A stretch of DNA of 62,091 bases, the filler included, from Sphacelaria rigidula (lineage: Eukaryota), in assembly GCA_964200075.2 (NCBI GenBank). It is 7 parts of 7 records of this genome, joined end to end, with 100 filler letters (N's around TTAATTAATTAA, not from the genome) between each part and the next. Parts side by side here need not be neighbours in the genome. Positions count along the whole stretch, not along the records: positions 44,426 to 53,208 come from CAXNAA020010110.1; positions 53,309 to 62,091 come from CAXNAA020010111.1; 5 more parts are not named here. One strand, 5' to 3'. A program made the position numbers and the translations under genes. The stretch's first letter is position 1. Every line of letters begins with the position of its first letter. The notes under the pieces were generated by a model. The model was given only the letters and a program-made list of their open reading frames with translations, had not been told where the DNA came from and did no database searches. Positions 48,767 to 61,114 of this stretch are shown one piece after another.

Positions 48767-48815
48767 AATACTGCCCCCCTGTGCTCCGGCAGTATTCCGT
48801 ACCACGTGGAACTAG
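48767..48815 (+). mobile_element. Helitron-like 3' terminus (hairpin + CTAG)
   Basis: AATACTGCC..GGCAGTATT stem, then CTAG followed by T. Confidence 0.35.
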
Positions 48816-48924
48816 TGTACTACACTAGTCACATCAGACAGCCTGTGATGTGGAGCCCAACCAATATACCATGTTGTGTCAACCTCCCTTCCCTTCTCCC
48901 CCCCTTCCTCTTTCGAACGAATAG

Positions 48925-49153
48925 ATTTCGGAAATGGCAGCAGCTATCCGGTTGCCCCAGCACAGGGACAGTTTGCGGATCCCATGGTGCAGCAACACCA
49001 GCAGCCCCAGCACCAGCCGCCCCACCAGGTATATGCGTCGGCGCCGCCGCCTCAACAGCATGTGCCGCCACCGGCCCCGGCCCCGGCCCCCGTACCTGAG
49101 AGAGAAAGCAGGCGGAGGCGATCCCCTTCTCCGCGCGGTGATCGGCACAGCAG
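48925..49153 (+). CDS. U2AF65-like splicing factor, exon 2 (Q/P-rich, start of RS region)
   Basis: AATAG acceptor; ..ERESRRRRSPSPRGDRHSR; CAG|GTGAGG donor, phase 2. Confidence 0.7.
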
Positions 49154-49614
49154 GTGAGGATTTGGGGTTGATGTGGAGAGTAAAGGTGGGTATTAGTTTG
49201 GGGGGATCAATATGTGAGTGTCGCCGGAAAAATCTTCGTCGGAAAATGGCTGGAGGCTTTCGTGAAGAAATCCTTGGTATGCTGTAATTTTCGGCGCAAT
49301 TTTACCCAGTTTTGTTCTTGCCGGCCCTTCACTGTTTCGAAAGCAACGCAGTATGCCCCCAACACCCAACCACCCCCTATTACAGTGTGAGTGTCTCATC
49401 GCCGCTATTCCAAATCAATCGTACCACGACAAATCAACCCCAGGAGACTGAACACTCCAGCAGCTAGCCCCGTGTGAGCTTGTATATGATGATGTCATTT
49501 ACTGTCGATGCCAAATGAGGAACGCAACCAAAACCTCAAGGAATCATGTTACATGAACAATCTTGGCACCAACAACCCCAAACCCACACCCCCATCTCGA
49601 CCTCCCGCGTTCAG

Positions 49615-50060
49615 GCGTAGTCGGGACAGCCGTAGCCCACCCAGGGGAGGTTACGACCGTAGAGGGGGAGGAGGCTATGGCGGCGGCGGCGGCGGTGGGT
49701 ACGGGGGCGGGGGCGGGGGCTACGGAGGCGGCGGTGGAGGCTACGGAGGCGGCGGCGGCGGCGGGGGATACGGAAGGGGGCGTAGCGGTGGCGGAGGCAT
49801 TGGAGGTGGGGGGGGCGGGGGGAGGTTCGAAAACCCTCGCAACGAGGCTCTTAATGATCGGGATAGGATCGAGAGGCGGCGCAAGCGGCGGGCGCTACGA
49901 CCCAGCAACTTCGACGTGAAGCCGGACGATCCGACGGCTGTGGCACTGTTGGAGGCCAGCGCTCAGCAGATGCTGGCTAGCCGGGGTAGTGGGGGAAATT
50001 CAAACCCTCCGCAGCAGCAGCAGCAACAACAGCAGCAGCAGCAGGTGAACAAAAATGTGC
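49615..50060 (+). CDS. U2AF65-like splicing factor, exon 3 (RS, GGY/RGG, ULM-like motif, polyQ)
   Basis: TTCAG acceptor in phase; RRRKRRALRPSNFDVKP resembles the U2AF65 basic-WDVPP motif; C|GTAAGT donor (alternative donor after 50044). RRMs are not in this contig, so identity is tentative. Confidence 0.65.
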
Positions 50061-51313
50061 GTAAGTATGTGTAAATGCTGATTCATTGGATACGGTTTCG
50101 ACCGATTTTGTCCACACCATCGTCACAAAAAATTATCGGACGAGAGATGAAAACTCGTTCGCGAGTCCTGATCACCTTTCCATGTGAAGATGAAGGAAAA
50201 TGCGAGGACGGAAACGAGGTTTTTTAAATATTGTACTTGAATCATAAATACTTGATATTTCAGGATATCCAACGTATCGACTGAAAGGCAAAAATTAAGT
50301 GTTGGTGTTTTCTCAAATACTGAGCGGTACCCGTTCGAAATTTTCAATACCTCTTTTCCGCTGCTCGAAACTTACTTGGGGGAAGCAGTATGCACTAAGC
50401 GGGTGCGCTCTTCCGATGCGGTGAAGCAGTGTAATGTCAATGTATCAGTGGCTACACGGACGTATCGCCGACAAGCACACCGTGGAGGAAGGGGGTTGGG
50501 GGGAGGGTGTTTTTTTTCCCCTTGATTTCGGGGTGACTTGAAATCGACTGAGTGCACTCGGGAAAATGGCGCGGAAAGCATACCATAATGGTGTCGAGGA
50601 ACTGGCGCTTTACTCTCGTGGTGATGAGTGGATTCCCCCTTCTTTTGGTATGTAGGCGCACTTCATGTTGTGCCCTTCCCTCGTATGATTTGTGTGTTGG
50701 GTGCCCCCATAACGTGTGTGTAAAGAAGTGATCGAGGCAGCGTTTCGTTTGTAGACTGGTCGTACAGCATTCGCGAAAAATAGTTCGTGGTACAAATATG
50801 AGTAGATTTCTATGAGCCACGTTTGTGGTACAAAATTTGAATTTACGGGGCTGCTACAGTATCTCATGGAAAATGTGCGGTGAGCACCCACTTGACATCC
50901 GCGGAAGTGAACTCTTTTCTTGTTCCGATGCCTCCGGGGGCACTTCGCACAATATTGGCAGATAGGAACTATTTGTCTTACCACAGCCCGACCAGCTCCC
51001 AGCGATTTTTCTTTTCCCCTAAATTCTCGACGTGTCGCTCGTATTGCTTTATTTTGATTGCGTTGGCGTCCCAGAAGCTGCTCAATTTGCGGTCCTTTAT
51101 CATGCAAAGAAGGGTAGTGATGGTACTGGAAAGACGAGCCTGAAATATGGCACAGGTGAAGCGTTGCGAGGACTCGGCATGTGCGGTTGGTCCACTGTAG
51201 AATTCTGCGCTGTCGATAGGATCGCGACCCTGCAAATTCGGTTCAGACGATGACTATGGTTGTGATGTGACTGTGATTGTGGTAACAACCGGCGAACATT
51301 GTATTGTTTATCA

Positions 51314-51869
51314 CTTCCTCTGGTCGGGAATGTAAGTTCGCTTGAAGGAAACTGTGAATATCAGGGGCCCATGAAGTAGTTTCCCCGAACTCTTTTTTTT
51401 TAGTTTTCTTCTGGCCTGGAGAAACGATGCAAACTGAATTTGTCATGAGAACCCAAGATTGAACTATTTACACACTCTCGAGCAGGTTGAAAAAAAATCG
51501 GAAAACCTCAGTTGAACGGGTCCTGGTCAAAAACTTTCGGTAACTGGTTCACAGTGGTTCTCCTAGCGTTATGGAAAATCGCGCAACACGGAGATGTCCC
51601 GGGCGCGACCATTACAGCAGTCAGTCGACCCAGTAGAAGATGGACACTCCGGGGAGTGTTATCTCGCGTCACTAACCCCGGGGATGAAATTATGCTTTAC
51701 CCGCCCTCATTTTTTTTTGTCGAAAATCAGAAACCCATCAGTCATTTAGAGAACACTAAGTGGTTCCCAGCCAGAAAAGGGTTTAAAACGGTCCTGGTAA
51801 GGGAGTTATCCCAAACGAGCTTATATTTCCACCCAACTGGTTCGAGCTTACATTCCCGACCAGAGGAAG
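51314..51869. mobile_element. Stowaway/Tc1-mariner-like MITE
   Basis: Perfect 23-bp TIR CTTCCTCTGGTCGGGAATGTAAG; TA on the right flank, CA on the left. Confidence 0.7.
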
Positions 51870-53208
51870 TATTATTATTTATTATCATTATTTGCCGCAC
51901 TTTGAACCCCTCCTCTTCAAGGGGACGAGTCCGTGGTCCCAAGGGATCAACCCATCTCTCCCCGCTACACGCCTTGCATTTTGGTCTCGCGGATTGGGTC
52001 ATGACTATCAGCACTCCCGCACGGCGTCAACTCACGTCAAACAAACTCAGTCCACTACTGTTTACTCACGTTCTCACGCTTTTCCCGGTGGAAATCAGAC
52101 TCTCAGTATTACAAAGTAAAGCCCAACGCATCGGGAATCTAGTCCTCGTTCTCTCCACCCTAATGGCGACAGTCGGACCATTACATCACCGGGGCGCGGC
52201 GACTTTATTAGGCGAAAACGATGTCAGGCAACCTCATGATGCCCGAAAGTGTAGCTGATCCTTGTAGCACTTCGAAAGAGATGGATGTTTGAGTGTTACT
52301 TACTCGGATATGGACCTTGAGAGGGGAGACAAGTAGCACGAGGGTGGGGTCGTGAATGTTCTTTCGTAGATATATGTTGAGGTTTTTTGACTGGCATAGC
52401 TCTAGGCCTGCGCTGGACTACCAAGTCAATGGTCGCAGTCGACACACATTTGTGGCTTCTGTCGTGCATCACCCGCATTTTTGGCAGCGTTCTATGGTAT
52501 CTTTTTGCTCGTTATGCGTCGTGGTGTCGGCATGCTTGGCGGTAGTGAATTTGGCAAGTTTTCTAGGCGTCTACGCCACCTTGCGGTGGTATGTGAGACA
52601 GGTCGCTGTCGTGGAACGTCGTTGCCGAATGATCAAGATCGCTGCTTGTAGTGCTATTTCCAGCAGCCTTGGCTTATACCATGAGTTCCGTCTCCAAGAT
52701 ACTACCCCTCGGTGCGGCTCATCACGCGCAAGTGCGGAGGGTTGTCCAAAATTTTGATGACATTCCAACTCCTCCGGTACGGCACGGCAAGGTGCAAAAC
52801 GTAGCACCGTTTGAAACATTCCCATTTTTCTTGGAAGTCGCCACCGCGGCATACACATGAAGATCTCTTGAACCACGGCTTGCAGAGGCGCGCTAACACC
52901 TTTACCTCCTGTAATGTTTAACTTTTATAGATGGTCGTCAGCGCCGTATTATGGGTATTTTCTGGGGTCATGTTCCATCCCTCACAGCGTAAGGGATAAG
53001 CTTTCGAGTAGTGGAAGGAACGAGGGTCCAAATCATACTATCGCCCCCACCCCACCCCCATACACCCGTGAGGCAGTGTAAAAGCCATGACCGTCTCTGG
53101 AAGTGACGATACCGGAGAATAAAGCAATTCATTGTTGGCTGTCATCCAAATACAAGATAATCAGTAAGCCTCGGGCCGAACAATCTTGGCAGGATGCAGC
53201 TCACCCTT

Positions 53209-53308
53209 NNNNNNNNNNNNNNNNNNNNNNNNNNNNNNNNNNNNNNNNNNNNTTAATTAATTAANNNNNNNNNNNNNNNNNNNNNNNNNNNNNNNNNNNN
53301 NNNNNNNN
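53209..53308. other. Artificial contig-joining spacer
   Basis: Same linker. Confidence 0.98.
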
Positions 53309-53434
53309 AGCGGTCAACTTTTTTCTCCCCTTTAGGCAATCAGGCCGAAGAAATCGTGGATTCGGTGATCTTGAGTCGTGATGATTTGTCCTAACCGTGC
53401 GACATTTCGAAACAAATATTCTCATACATCCCAG

Positions 53435-53608
53435 GTCAGCGAAGATCTTTTTCCAGGAAAAGTTTGATGACGAGGGATGGCGCGAGCGATGGGTCGTGCC
53501 GACCAAGTGGAAGCAAGCAGACGAATTGGGCGAATGGGGCTGGACTGCGGGCGACTGGTTCGGGGGAACAGAAGACGACAAGGGAATCCAGACCTCCGAG
53601 GACTCTAG
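53435..53608 (+). CDS. CALR: Calreticulin exon (start of N-domain)
   Basis: AKIFFQEKFDDEGWRERWV..KGIQTSEDSR; AG|GTGAG donor; signal-peptide exon is not in the contig. Confidence 0.92.
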
Positions 53609-53939
53609 GTGAGCACTCGTAAAGCGTTACGATATTTTTTCCCTGATGCTTTAGCAGGGTCGCATATTCGAGATACCACGGTTGAGCACTTGGAAGTGGC
53701 TGGGGCACGACCTTCGAATGAACTATGGGCGTAATTAACGCGCACAATCGGAGTGCTTGCCCGCTTGTGGAGAGGATATGGGCTTCGGATCTTGTGCGAA
53801 AACAGTAGCGTGAAATAGTGCAGAAGGTGAGTATTGTCGCAGCGCAACTGTAAACCACCGCGTTCAGAGGGTCGAAATTGGGTCGTCCATGAGCCGTACA
53901 GAGTTCGAACTTATATTATATATTTTTTCGAATCTCGAC

Positions 53940-54015
53940 ATTGATTTGATTGACTAGTCGTCGCACTTTAACGGACCCCCCAGGGGTCCAGCCGTAATCT
54001 CATGATGGACGTACT
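53940..54015 (-). mobile_element. Retroposon 3' end with hairpin and (TCAA)n tail, intronic
   Basis: Reverse complement of 8305-8391. Confidence 0.65.
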
Positions 54016-54699
54016 CAAGAAAAGTGGAATTCAAACACGCTCCAACATTGAGGCAGTTTTTTTATTTGTCATCGTTGTGTTCCACAAAAGTAGGAAACCG
54101 AGTTTCCGTGAAGATGAAAACTTCTTGGGGCAGGTCGGGTAGACTATATATACCCGATTTTGTAGTATTTTGAAAAGTTGCGAAGGGCAGGTCGGGTAGG
54201 CTATACATACCCGATATTGTGATATTTTGAAAAGTTGCACATCACCTGCCTGAGTCAAGTCACGATAACTTGCACGGGTTCGAGAGGGGGGGACAACAAC
54301 ACTGAGCTGGCTGCCACTGAACTGTGGGCATGGGTCGGATCTCCACTTTCAAAATACCAACAATATTCAAGGGTCTACACGTTACACTCGTTACGTTCAC
54401 GTTCGACGTCGAGAGTCGTCAAAGGTTAAGCCAGGCTAGAGATACTGTGGGGGACGACGTGGCGAGCCTTGATTTGACTTGACTTCTGAACAGGGTTTAC
54501 CACATGATCCCCTACCCCCATCGTAGTACAAGCCTGGCTGAACTTTTGACGTGACAGGTAACGAGTGTCACGTGTAAACCCTTGGAAATATTGATGATAC
54601 CATCTTAGACCTGCCCTTCGAAGATTCCAATCGAGATCGACCAATCAATCGATCGATTGTTTCCCATCATCCCGATATTTTGGGATCTTTTTTCGATAG

Positions 54700-54865
54700 G
54701 TTTTACGGGCTATCGGCCAAGCTGGCGGAGCCGTTTACTCAAGAGAAGGATATGGTGCTGCAGTTTTCCGTGAAGAACGAGCAGAAGCTGGACTGCGGTG
54801 GGGCGTATATCAAGCTAACGGGGGATGTAGACCAGGATTCGTTCGGAGGAGACACACCCTACCAG
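54700..54865 (+). CDS. CALR: Calreticulin exon
   Basis: FYGLSAKL..VLQFSVKNEQKLDCGGAYIKL..GDTPYQ (calreticulin family signature 1). Confidence 0.95.
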
Positions 54866-56603
54866 GTAAATGCCTAATGTTTTCGAGGTAATCGCACGGG
54901 TATAAAAACAGTATCAGCTCGGCATTTCAGGTACAAGGGGTCCCTCCGTAGTACGGTCAGAATCACTTTGTTCTGCAGCCAATCTGGATCTGGTGTTGTG
55001 AACAATCAATATTTCATATAATATTACTGGTTTATACAAAAAAGGTACCCACTGCTATAAATAAGCTTGACACATGGAGATGCCCTAGATATCCGGCGGG
55101 GTATCTTGGAGCACCATCCCGCCGTCCAAATTCGCACGATTTTTTGCGTCAAAGGAACAAGTGTGCACACTCATCACTACTTACTCTATCCTGAAGGAAA
55201 ATACAGATGAACGTGCAAGTTAGAGCTGTCCGTGCCAGGCCCAAACCACCCAAAAATCAATCCCGACGCGAAGGCAAGGTGCCGACAGCCATGATTCTTA
55301 GTCAATTTTTTCGAGGTACTCCGATGCACCCCCCAAGACGTACTCCGCAAGGTGTTGTTGCTGTTGTTGTCGTTGTCTTCACACTGAAAACCGTTTCCAT
55401 GTCTTGACAGTACTCCATACTGGGCATCTGATCCAGAAAGAAACCACACAGAATTCGACACCAGATTGAAAATATAGGCACCAACCTCATGAGGACCAAT
55501 TGTACTACTGGAGGCGAAGCCCAATCAAATGTGCGAAGATTCCAATGGGTCACGACAGACTTCAATGAGGCGCGGTTTCCGTTGTAAGAAGCCAACACAC
55601 CGCATGCCTGCACATCTTGGCAGGCTTGGCTCCCGAGTGAAGCACGACAAATATGATAACAAAATGACACTTCCAATCCAAGTGTCTAATGTGCATTCAA
55701 CCATGATAGCGTTGGACCGAACATGGAGCCCAGGAGCTGATCCCTACGGTACCGTCGGGTGAAAAGCCACACGTTTGTCCCGTTGGGAAGACAGTGCCGA
55801 TTCTTGTTTTCGTGAATCGATATCATCTTGACTTGAAAACGACTGAAAATGATGCCGATTCACAAAAACAAGAATCGGCACTGGGTCCCCAAAGGGTCAG
55901 CAAACATAACTCTGAGTCGTGCGTGTCGACCCTGAGTCGTTTATATTTTCCAAAATTACGCGAGAGAGTCGACTGGCGGGTCTTTCCTCATTCATTTCTC
56001 GAATATATTCGCACAATTCGGGAAAGGTGTGAGATTTTCACGCTCAAGGTTGCTTGGAATCTTGCGTGCGTGTTCGTGTATGCTCCCTGCCCGTAAGTGA
56101 TGACCAGGTACTGGTGTGCCCAGACAAACAGATTAGCCCTGAACTTTGACTTCCGCAATATGACCGTTGCGTATACCCACCCCTCTTCGTTCGCCCCGTC
56201 TTTGTCTTCATGTGTCATTTTCGGAGCAGATACAAGATTTGGATACTGTTGTGTCGCGGTGTTTTTTTTGTAGCAAATGCTTGGTTTTTCACTGCGTCAA
56301 GACGAATGCGCTTGTTTTTCGTGACGAATATTTCGAAACGCGGTCTTGAACCTGATGAATATTTTTCACTTGCATGCGTGTCAAAATGATGAAGAAAAGG
56401 TTGACGGGGTCGAAGGAAGCTGTATTATTTTGGTGTGATGGAGTCCATGGCGTCCACTGGGAGGGAGTCGGAGTGCTTGCACTGAATAGTGATGGTCCTG
56501 GGGGTTGAAAGTCACGAATACATTCATTATCCTTGGCCCATGTACGGTATTTTTATTTTATATCTGTGCTGCTATATGTTGCTGTCAATGATGGCTGGAG
56601 TAG

Positions 56604-56777
56604 GTGATGTTCGGGCCGGACAAATGCGGGTCGTCGAATGCTCGCACGCACGTGATCTTCAACTACCCGCCCAAGGGCGATGACTCGAACTTGCTCATCA
56701 AGAAGGATGTCAAGATGGAAAAGGACCAAGTCTCACACCTGTATACTCTGCACGTCAAGGCAGACGGTACCTTTGAG
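56604..56777 (+). CDS. CALR: Calreticulin exon
   Basis: VMFGPDKCG (signature 2)..THVIFNY..SHLYTLHVKADGTFE; canonical splice sites. Confidence 0.95.
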
Positions 56778-57953
56778 GTGAGTACAACACCAGGAGAACG
56801 ATCGCCATCAGAGATATTCCTTTTTTTTTGTTCAAGACCTTTTCTCCTCGGAAAGTGTCTGTATTCTGGTCACTTTCTTCAGTTGGCACATGATATACAC
56901 GTGTTGGATTCTCAGTGAGTACGTCACCCAAACTACTAAGTACTCGATATAATTTCTTGTTTCTCACAAGTTAGTCAATTCCCGCCGTGTCGTCTAGTTC
57001 TTTTGTGTTGATGTTACACGGGTTATCGATACAGCGTCATCTACCCGTTGATTCTCCCAATAGTTGTATGGCCGATCCATCCCCTTTCTTTTCGCGTACT
57101 TAACAAGAAGGGATATTGACTTGAGCACTCCCCCGCACCGTCTTATGGTGAAAATTCTTCAGTCTCGGCTTTCCCTAGGATACCGCAATGCTGGTGACCT
57201 CGAAAAGTTTTTCACGACGTTTTTAGGGTGTTGATGACCTCACACTGGGCAAAAGATTGTGTCGTAAAAAAATGTACTGCGTAAAGTATGGAATCTACTG
57301 ACTACTGCAGTAGACGAAATAGTCGATACTAGACGCAGTACACTTTTTGACGATGTACACTGTTGTCCACGGTGTGGTGTTGATACAAGAAATTCAAATG
57401 ACGTAACTGCACGTCCAAGATCCATCGTGGGACGGAGTATTTTGCCCGGCCTGGACACTGATAATATATCAAATTATTAAAAATTGTTCAAGAGTGTACC
57501 GCGCACAGTATCGATGATTGCGTCTAATGCAATAGACGATGGATTTCATGCTCCACGCGGTACACTTTTTGGCAATGTAACCGTTCAGTGTGTGGCTTTG
57601 TGCCGGGTTTATGCTTAGCGTTGACTGGGTCGGGGTTGAAAAATCTGTCGCCGGAGGTGTTGTAGTATTGCCGTTGATGAAGCCAGGGTTGAAAAATCAG
57701 TCACAAGGGGTGTTGTACTCCGTACGAAGACGCACGGTACAGTTTCCCTCACTGAGGCACACGGGTGTTGTACTCCGTAACGAATGTCGATGATACAGAG
57801 TAACGAGAAGACCGACGCCCTGGGAGTTTGGTCCGAAAAGGGTTCATATACACCCATAAAGTGAAGCCCGTGGTTGTAGATGCGTTTTGCCCTGGGTGCA
57901 AGTTGTATTTTCGAGCCACTGTTGATTTTACTCGTTTGACTCCGGTCCAACAG

Positions 57954-58021
57954 GTGTTTGTTGACATGAAGAGCGTGCGAGCTGGATCTCTGGAAGACGA
58001 GTTCGACTTCTTGCCACCTAA
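57954..58021 (+). CDS. CALR: Calreticulin exon
   Basis: VFVDMKSVRAGSLEDEFDFLPPK; phases consistent with both neighbours. Confidence 0.92.
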
Positions 58022-58419
58022 GTGAGTTTTTGCACAGGATTAATCAAGAGAGTTTGCTTCTAACTGGGGAATCAAATTCATGGTTAGAGAAATATTTGGT
58101 CCACGCTAAAACCTTCGACGGTAAGGATATGTGATAAAATTTATATCAAGTACAAAAAAACATTGTGCATGAGAGTCACGCTATGATAGGCGGGGGGGGG
58201 GAGGGGGTTTGGGCCATTTCCCCCTACGAAATTTCACTTCAAACCATCGTCGGAAGCAGTAACGGTTGTCCGAGTGCGCTTGTAACCGATAAGTAACGCC
58301 TGTTCATGCTGCTTGACACCGTTTTTAGCCAAGCACAAGCGCACCGCGAGTGTGTTGGGTCGTCTGACACATTTATGAGCCTTTCTTTTCGTGTAATCAA
58401 CTCCCCCACCCCTGTAGCC

Positions 58420-58800
58420 GGTCGCCCCGGTGGCTCAGTTGGTAACCTCGAAACCTTCTGACGGTTGGGTCGTGGGTTCGAATCTCGAAGCGATCTGGGA
58501 TTTTTCTCGCACAGTGCCCAACAGTGGAGAGCGATTCTGTCGTGGTTACAGAAAATTCGACTTGACGGTCGACGAGGGAAAGGGACTACTAAACCCCTCT
58601 CGCGATAAAAAAAAAAGGCAAGCACGGCACAAAGAAGGTGCGGAAAAAAAAAAAATGAAGGAAAAGCTCCTGTGTGACTCCGGCTGGTGCGCCGACATGT
58701 ACCGAAGGGTGCAGACCGGCGCCCAGAATAGATGGGACGACAACACACATCACGCACATACCTGTCGTAGCATGACTCATGACCGAGATGGCCTACCCTA
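58420..58800 (+). mobile_element. tRNA-derived SINE in a calreticulin intron
   Basis: A box TGGCTCAGTTGG (58431), B box GGTTCGAATC (58475); second copy at 44251; 3' boundary approximate. Confidence 0.7.
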
Positions 58801-59934
58801 GCGGTCAAAGGGTTGGGGATGGAAATATTCACCAGTTCGCGCGAAGGCACTTCCGCCCAACGACAACGACTCTGAGTCTTGAGGAATCGTGGTTGTTGAA
58901 TCAGTCGTCTTACTCGAATGTATCCAACGGTCGTTGAAGTGGATTCTCCGTCGTTGTCATTGATCGCGATGTCGTTAGATTCGTGATGACATCAAGAGTT
59001 CTGCTCTCATGTCAGAGTTCCGAGAATCAGGGTGCTTGTTGGCTTGCCGTCGAATTCGTCATTATCCAGGGGTGTCGTTTCTATGCCAAAAATCAGCGGT
59101 TCGTGCAAGGAGACCAACGAAGTGCAGACGATGAGCAGCAGCCCCCACCCCCGCCTCCGTCCGAGGCTGTCGATAGCGAGGAAACAAACTTGTAAGGCAG
59201 ATAGCTTTTTGTTCCTCATTGTCTACCAGCACACGCAGTTGAGCGACGCAGGTACCACCCGGGCATCATCTGGGGGTGAGCAGCCTAAACGCCTGGAATT
59301 TTGGTGCGTGTGATGTAGAGGGGTATGAGCTTACACCGCACTTTCAAGGTCGGAACTGTCCGTACCCATTTCTGGACACGGTGGATAACGACGGATGGCT
59401 TACGTTGTCGCTGAAAGCCGCGCGCTTGACCCTCAATGTCGTTGAACCAAACGAGCGTATTCCACGTTTGATTTTTACGTGCCATCTTACATCGGTTTAA
59501 TGGGGTCCGGGACGAAGAGCCCACCAAAGAGTTCCGAGGGAAACAGGTTTGACTAACTGTTTCATGCTTCCGCAAGCAGTTGATGTATCGCTTATCTTGC
59601 TCCTTGACCATCCCTGTTGTTCGTAACATAAAATACGGGAGAACAACCCCTCAACGAAATCGAACTAGCTTAACTTGATGCAGGGATTGGTGGAATGTGT
59701 TCGTACCTGCTCTACTGGTCGGTCTCCTGGGCTTCATGACTTTTGTAGTGGATGTCCTCTGCGTTTCCTATTCATTTTCCCATCTCTCCCTGTTTTGTGT
59801 ATTCTTACTCCAAGTGCAGGCAAGCCGGTTTTTGGTGCCTTGCTTCCCTAGGGCGAATGATTGAGGGTTCATACCCACAATGATGTGGTCAAAATAGATG
59901 ATACGCAATCTGTTGGCACGGCTTTTGTTTTTTT

Positions 59935-60193
59935 CAATGGGTATCAAAGCATTTGCCTTTGCGCAAGAACTTTTCCAAGTGAAGCCAGGTTGCAGAGGCC
60001 TGCTATTTCTAGCGACTAATCTCGTGACTGTTCTGCCCTTCCGTTATTATTCATTTTCCTTCAGCGCGTGTTCTCCATTCTCGTATTGTCTCGGGTACGT
60101 CTATGATGTCGATAATGACCACGGTTGAACCCACTGGAAAATTCAGTAGAAGTGCGATAATCGACTGATCAATCAACCAGTCCATCAATCAAG
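59935..60193 (+). mobile_element. Diverged retroposon 3' segment with (TCAA)n tail
   Basis: Similar to 1680-2095 and 8305-8391. Confidence 0.5.
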
Positions 60194-60869
60194 TATAACG
60201 TGGCAAACTCGAAGCCTTCGGACAGTGCTGCGATGACCTATAATCTACCTTTTTTTCGCAGCACACAATTTTTTCGCACGGGTTGTTCACTTTCAAGACG
60301 TTTGACCCACTTGTTGACCCCCAAACCGGGAAAGTCGCCAACACACGTCTTGATCACTTTGCATCACTCGACAGCGAGGAGCCTAGCGTACTTCTCGGAC
60401 TCGCTTGGCTTCAAGGTTTAGAGATGACTGCTGAAAAACAATTCGTGTGCAATAATCTGTGTTCGCCAACACACGCCAGTTTGCCCAATAATCTTTGGAG
60501 ATCGCCATAGATTTTGTTGCACACGGATTATTGTTCAGCGGCCACTCTGGAAACCTTGGAGCCAAGCGAACCTCAAAAGCGGGCTAGGGTCCTCTCTGTG
60601 GGGGTGATGCAAAGTGACCGAGACGTGTGTTGGCTATTCCCCCTGTTTTGGGGGTCAAGAAGTGGGTCAAGCGTCCCAAAAGTGAACAGTCCTTAGGCCC
60701 AAAATGTGTTTGCCATAACATTCGGCCTTGCTTGAACAACTCGTTGATGAATTCACACGAAAGTACTTTCGCAAAAAGTTCGCCCCGGGGTCGGCTGGTG
60801 CGTCTTACTGCCCCTCAACTTCCGATTGTGTCCACCCTGTAATTACTGTTTTTTTTATCCACACATTAG

Positions 60870-61114
60870 GGAGATCGAAGACCCGGAACAGAGCAAGCCG
60901 GAAGATTGGGTAGATGAGAAGAAGATCCCCGACCCGGAGGAGAAGAAGCCGGAGGGCTACGACGACATTCCCGCCGAAATACCCGACGCAAAGGCCAAGA
61001 AACCGGACGACTGGGACGAGGAAGAGGATGGGGAGTGGGAGCCTACGACCATCCGTAACCCCGAGTACAAGGGTCCCTGGAAACCCAAGATGATCGCGAA
61101 CCCAGACTACAAGG
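60870..61114 (+). CDS. CALR: Calreticulin exon (P-domain repeats)
   Basis: [56 protein letters not shown]. Confidence 0.96.

Noticed and set aside
51512-52258. 248-aa ORF
   Set aside because: It runs across a MITE boundary and other repeat fragments; no domain signal.
8831-53264. Regularly spaced TTAATTAATTAA motifs (~8.9-kb period) as a biological repeat or piggyBac sites
   Set aside because: Each is embedded in N runs of fixed length; it is an assembly linker.
58420-58497. Functional tRNA gene
   Set aside because: Acceptor and anticodon stems are imperfect, and the same head recurs at 44251, fitting a SINE.
59285-59629. Possible degraded RT fragment in a calreticulin intron
   Set aside because: Only a faint PKF-LGV-like echo across frameshifts; too weak to call without a search.
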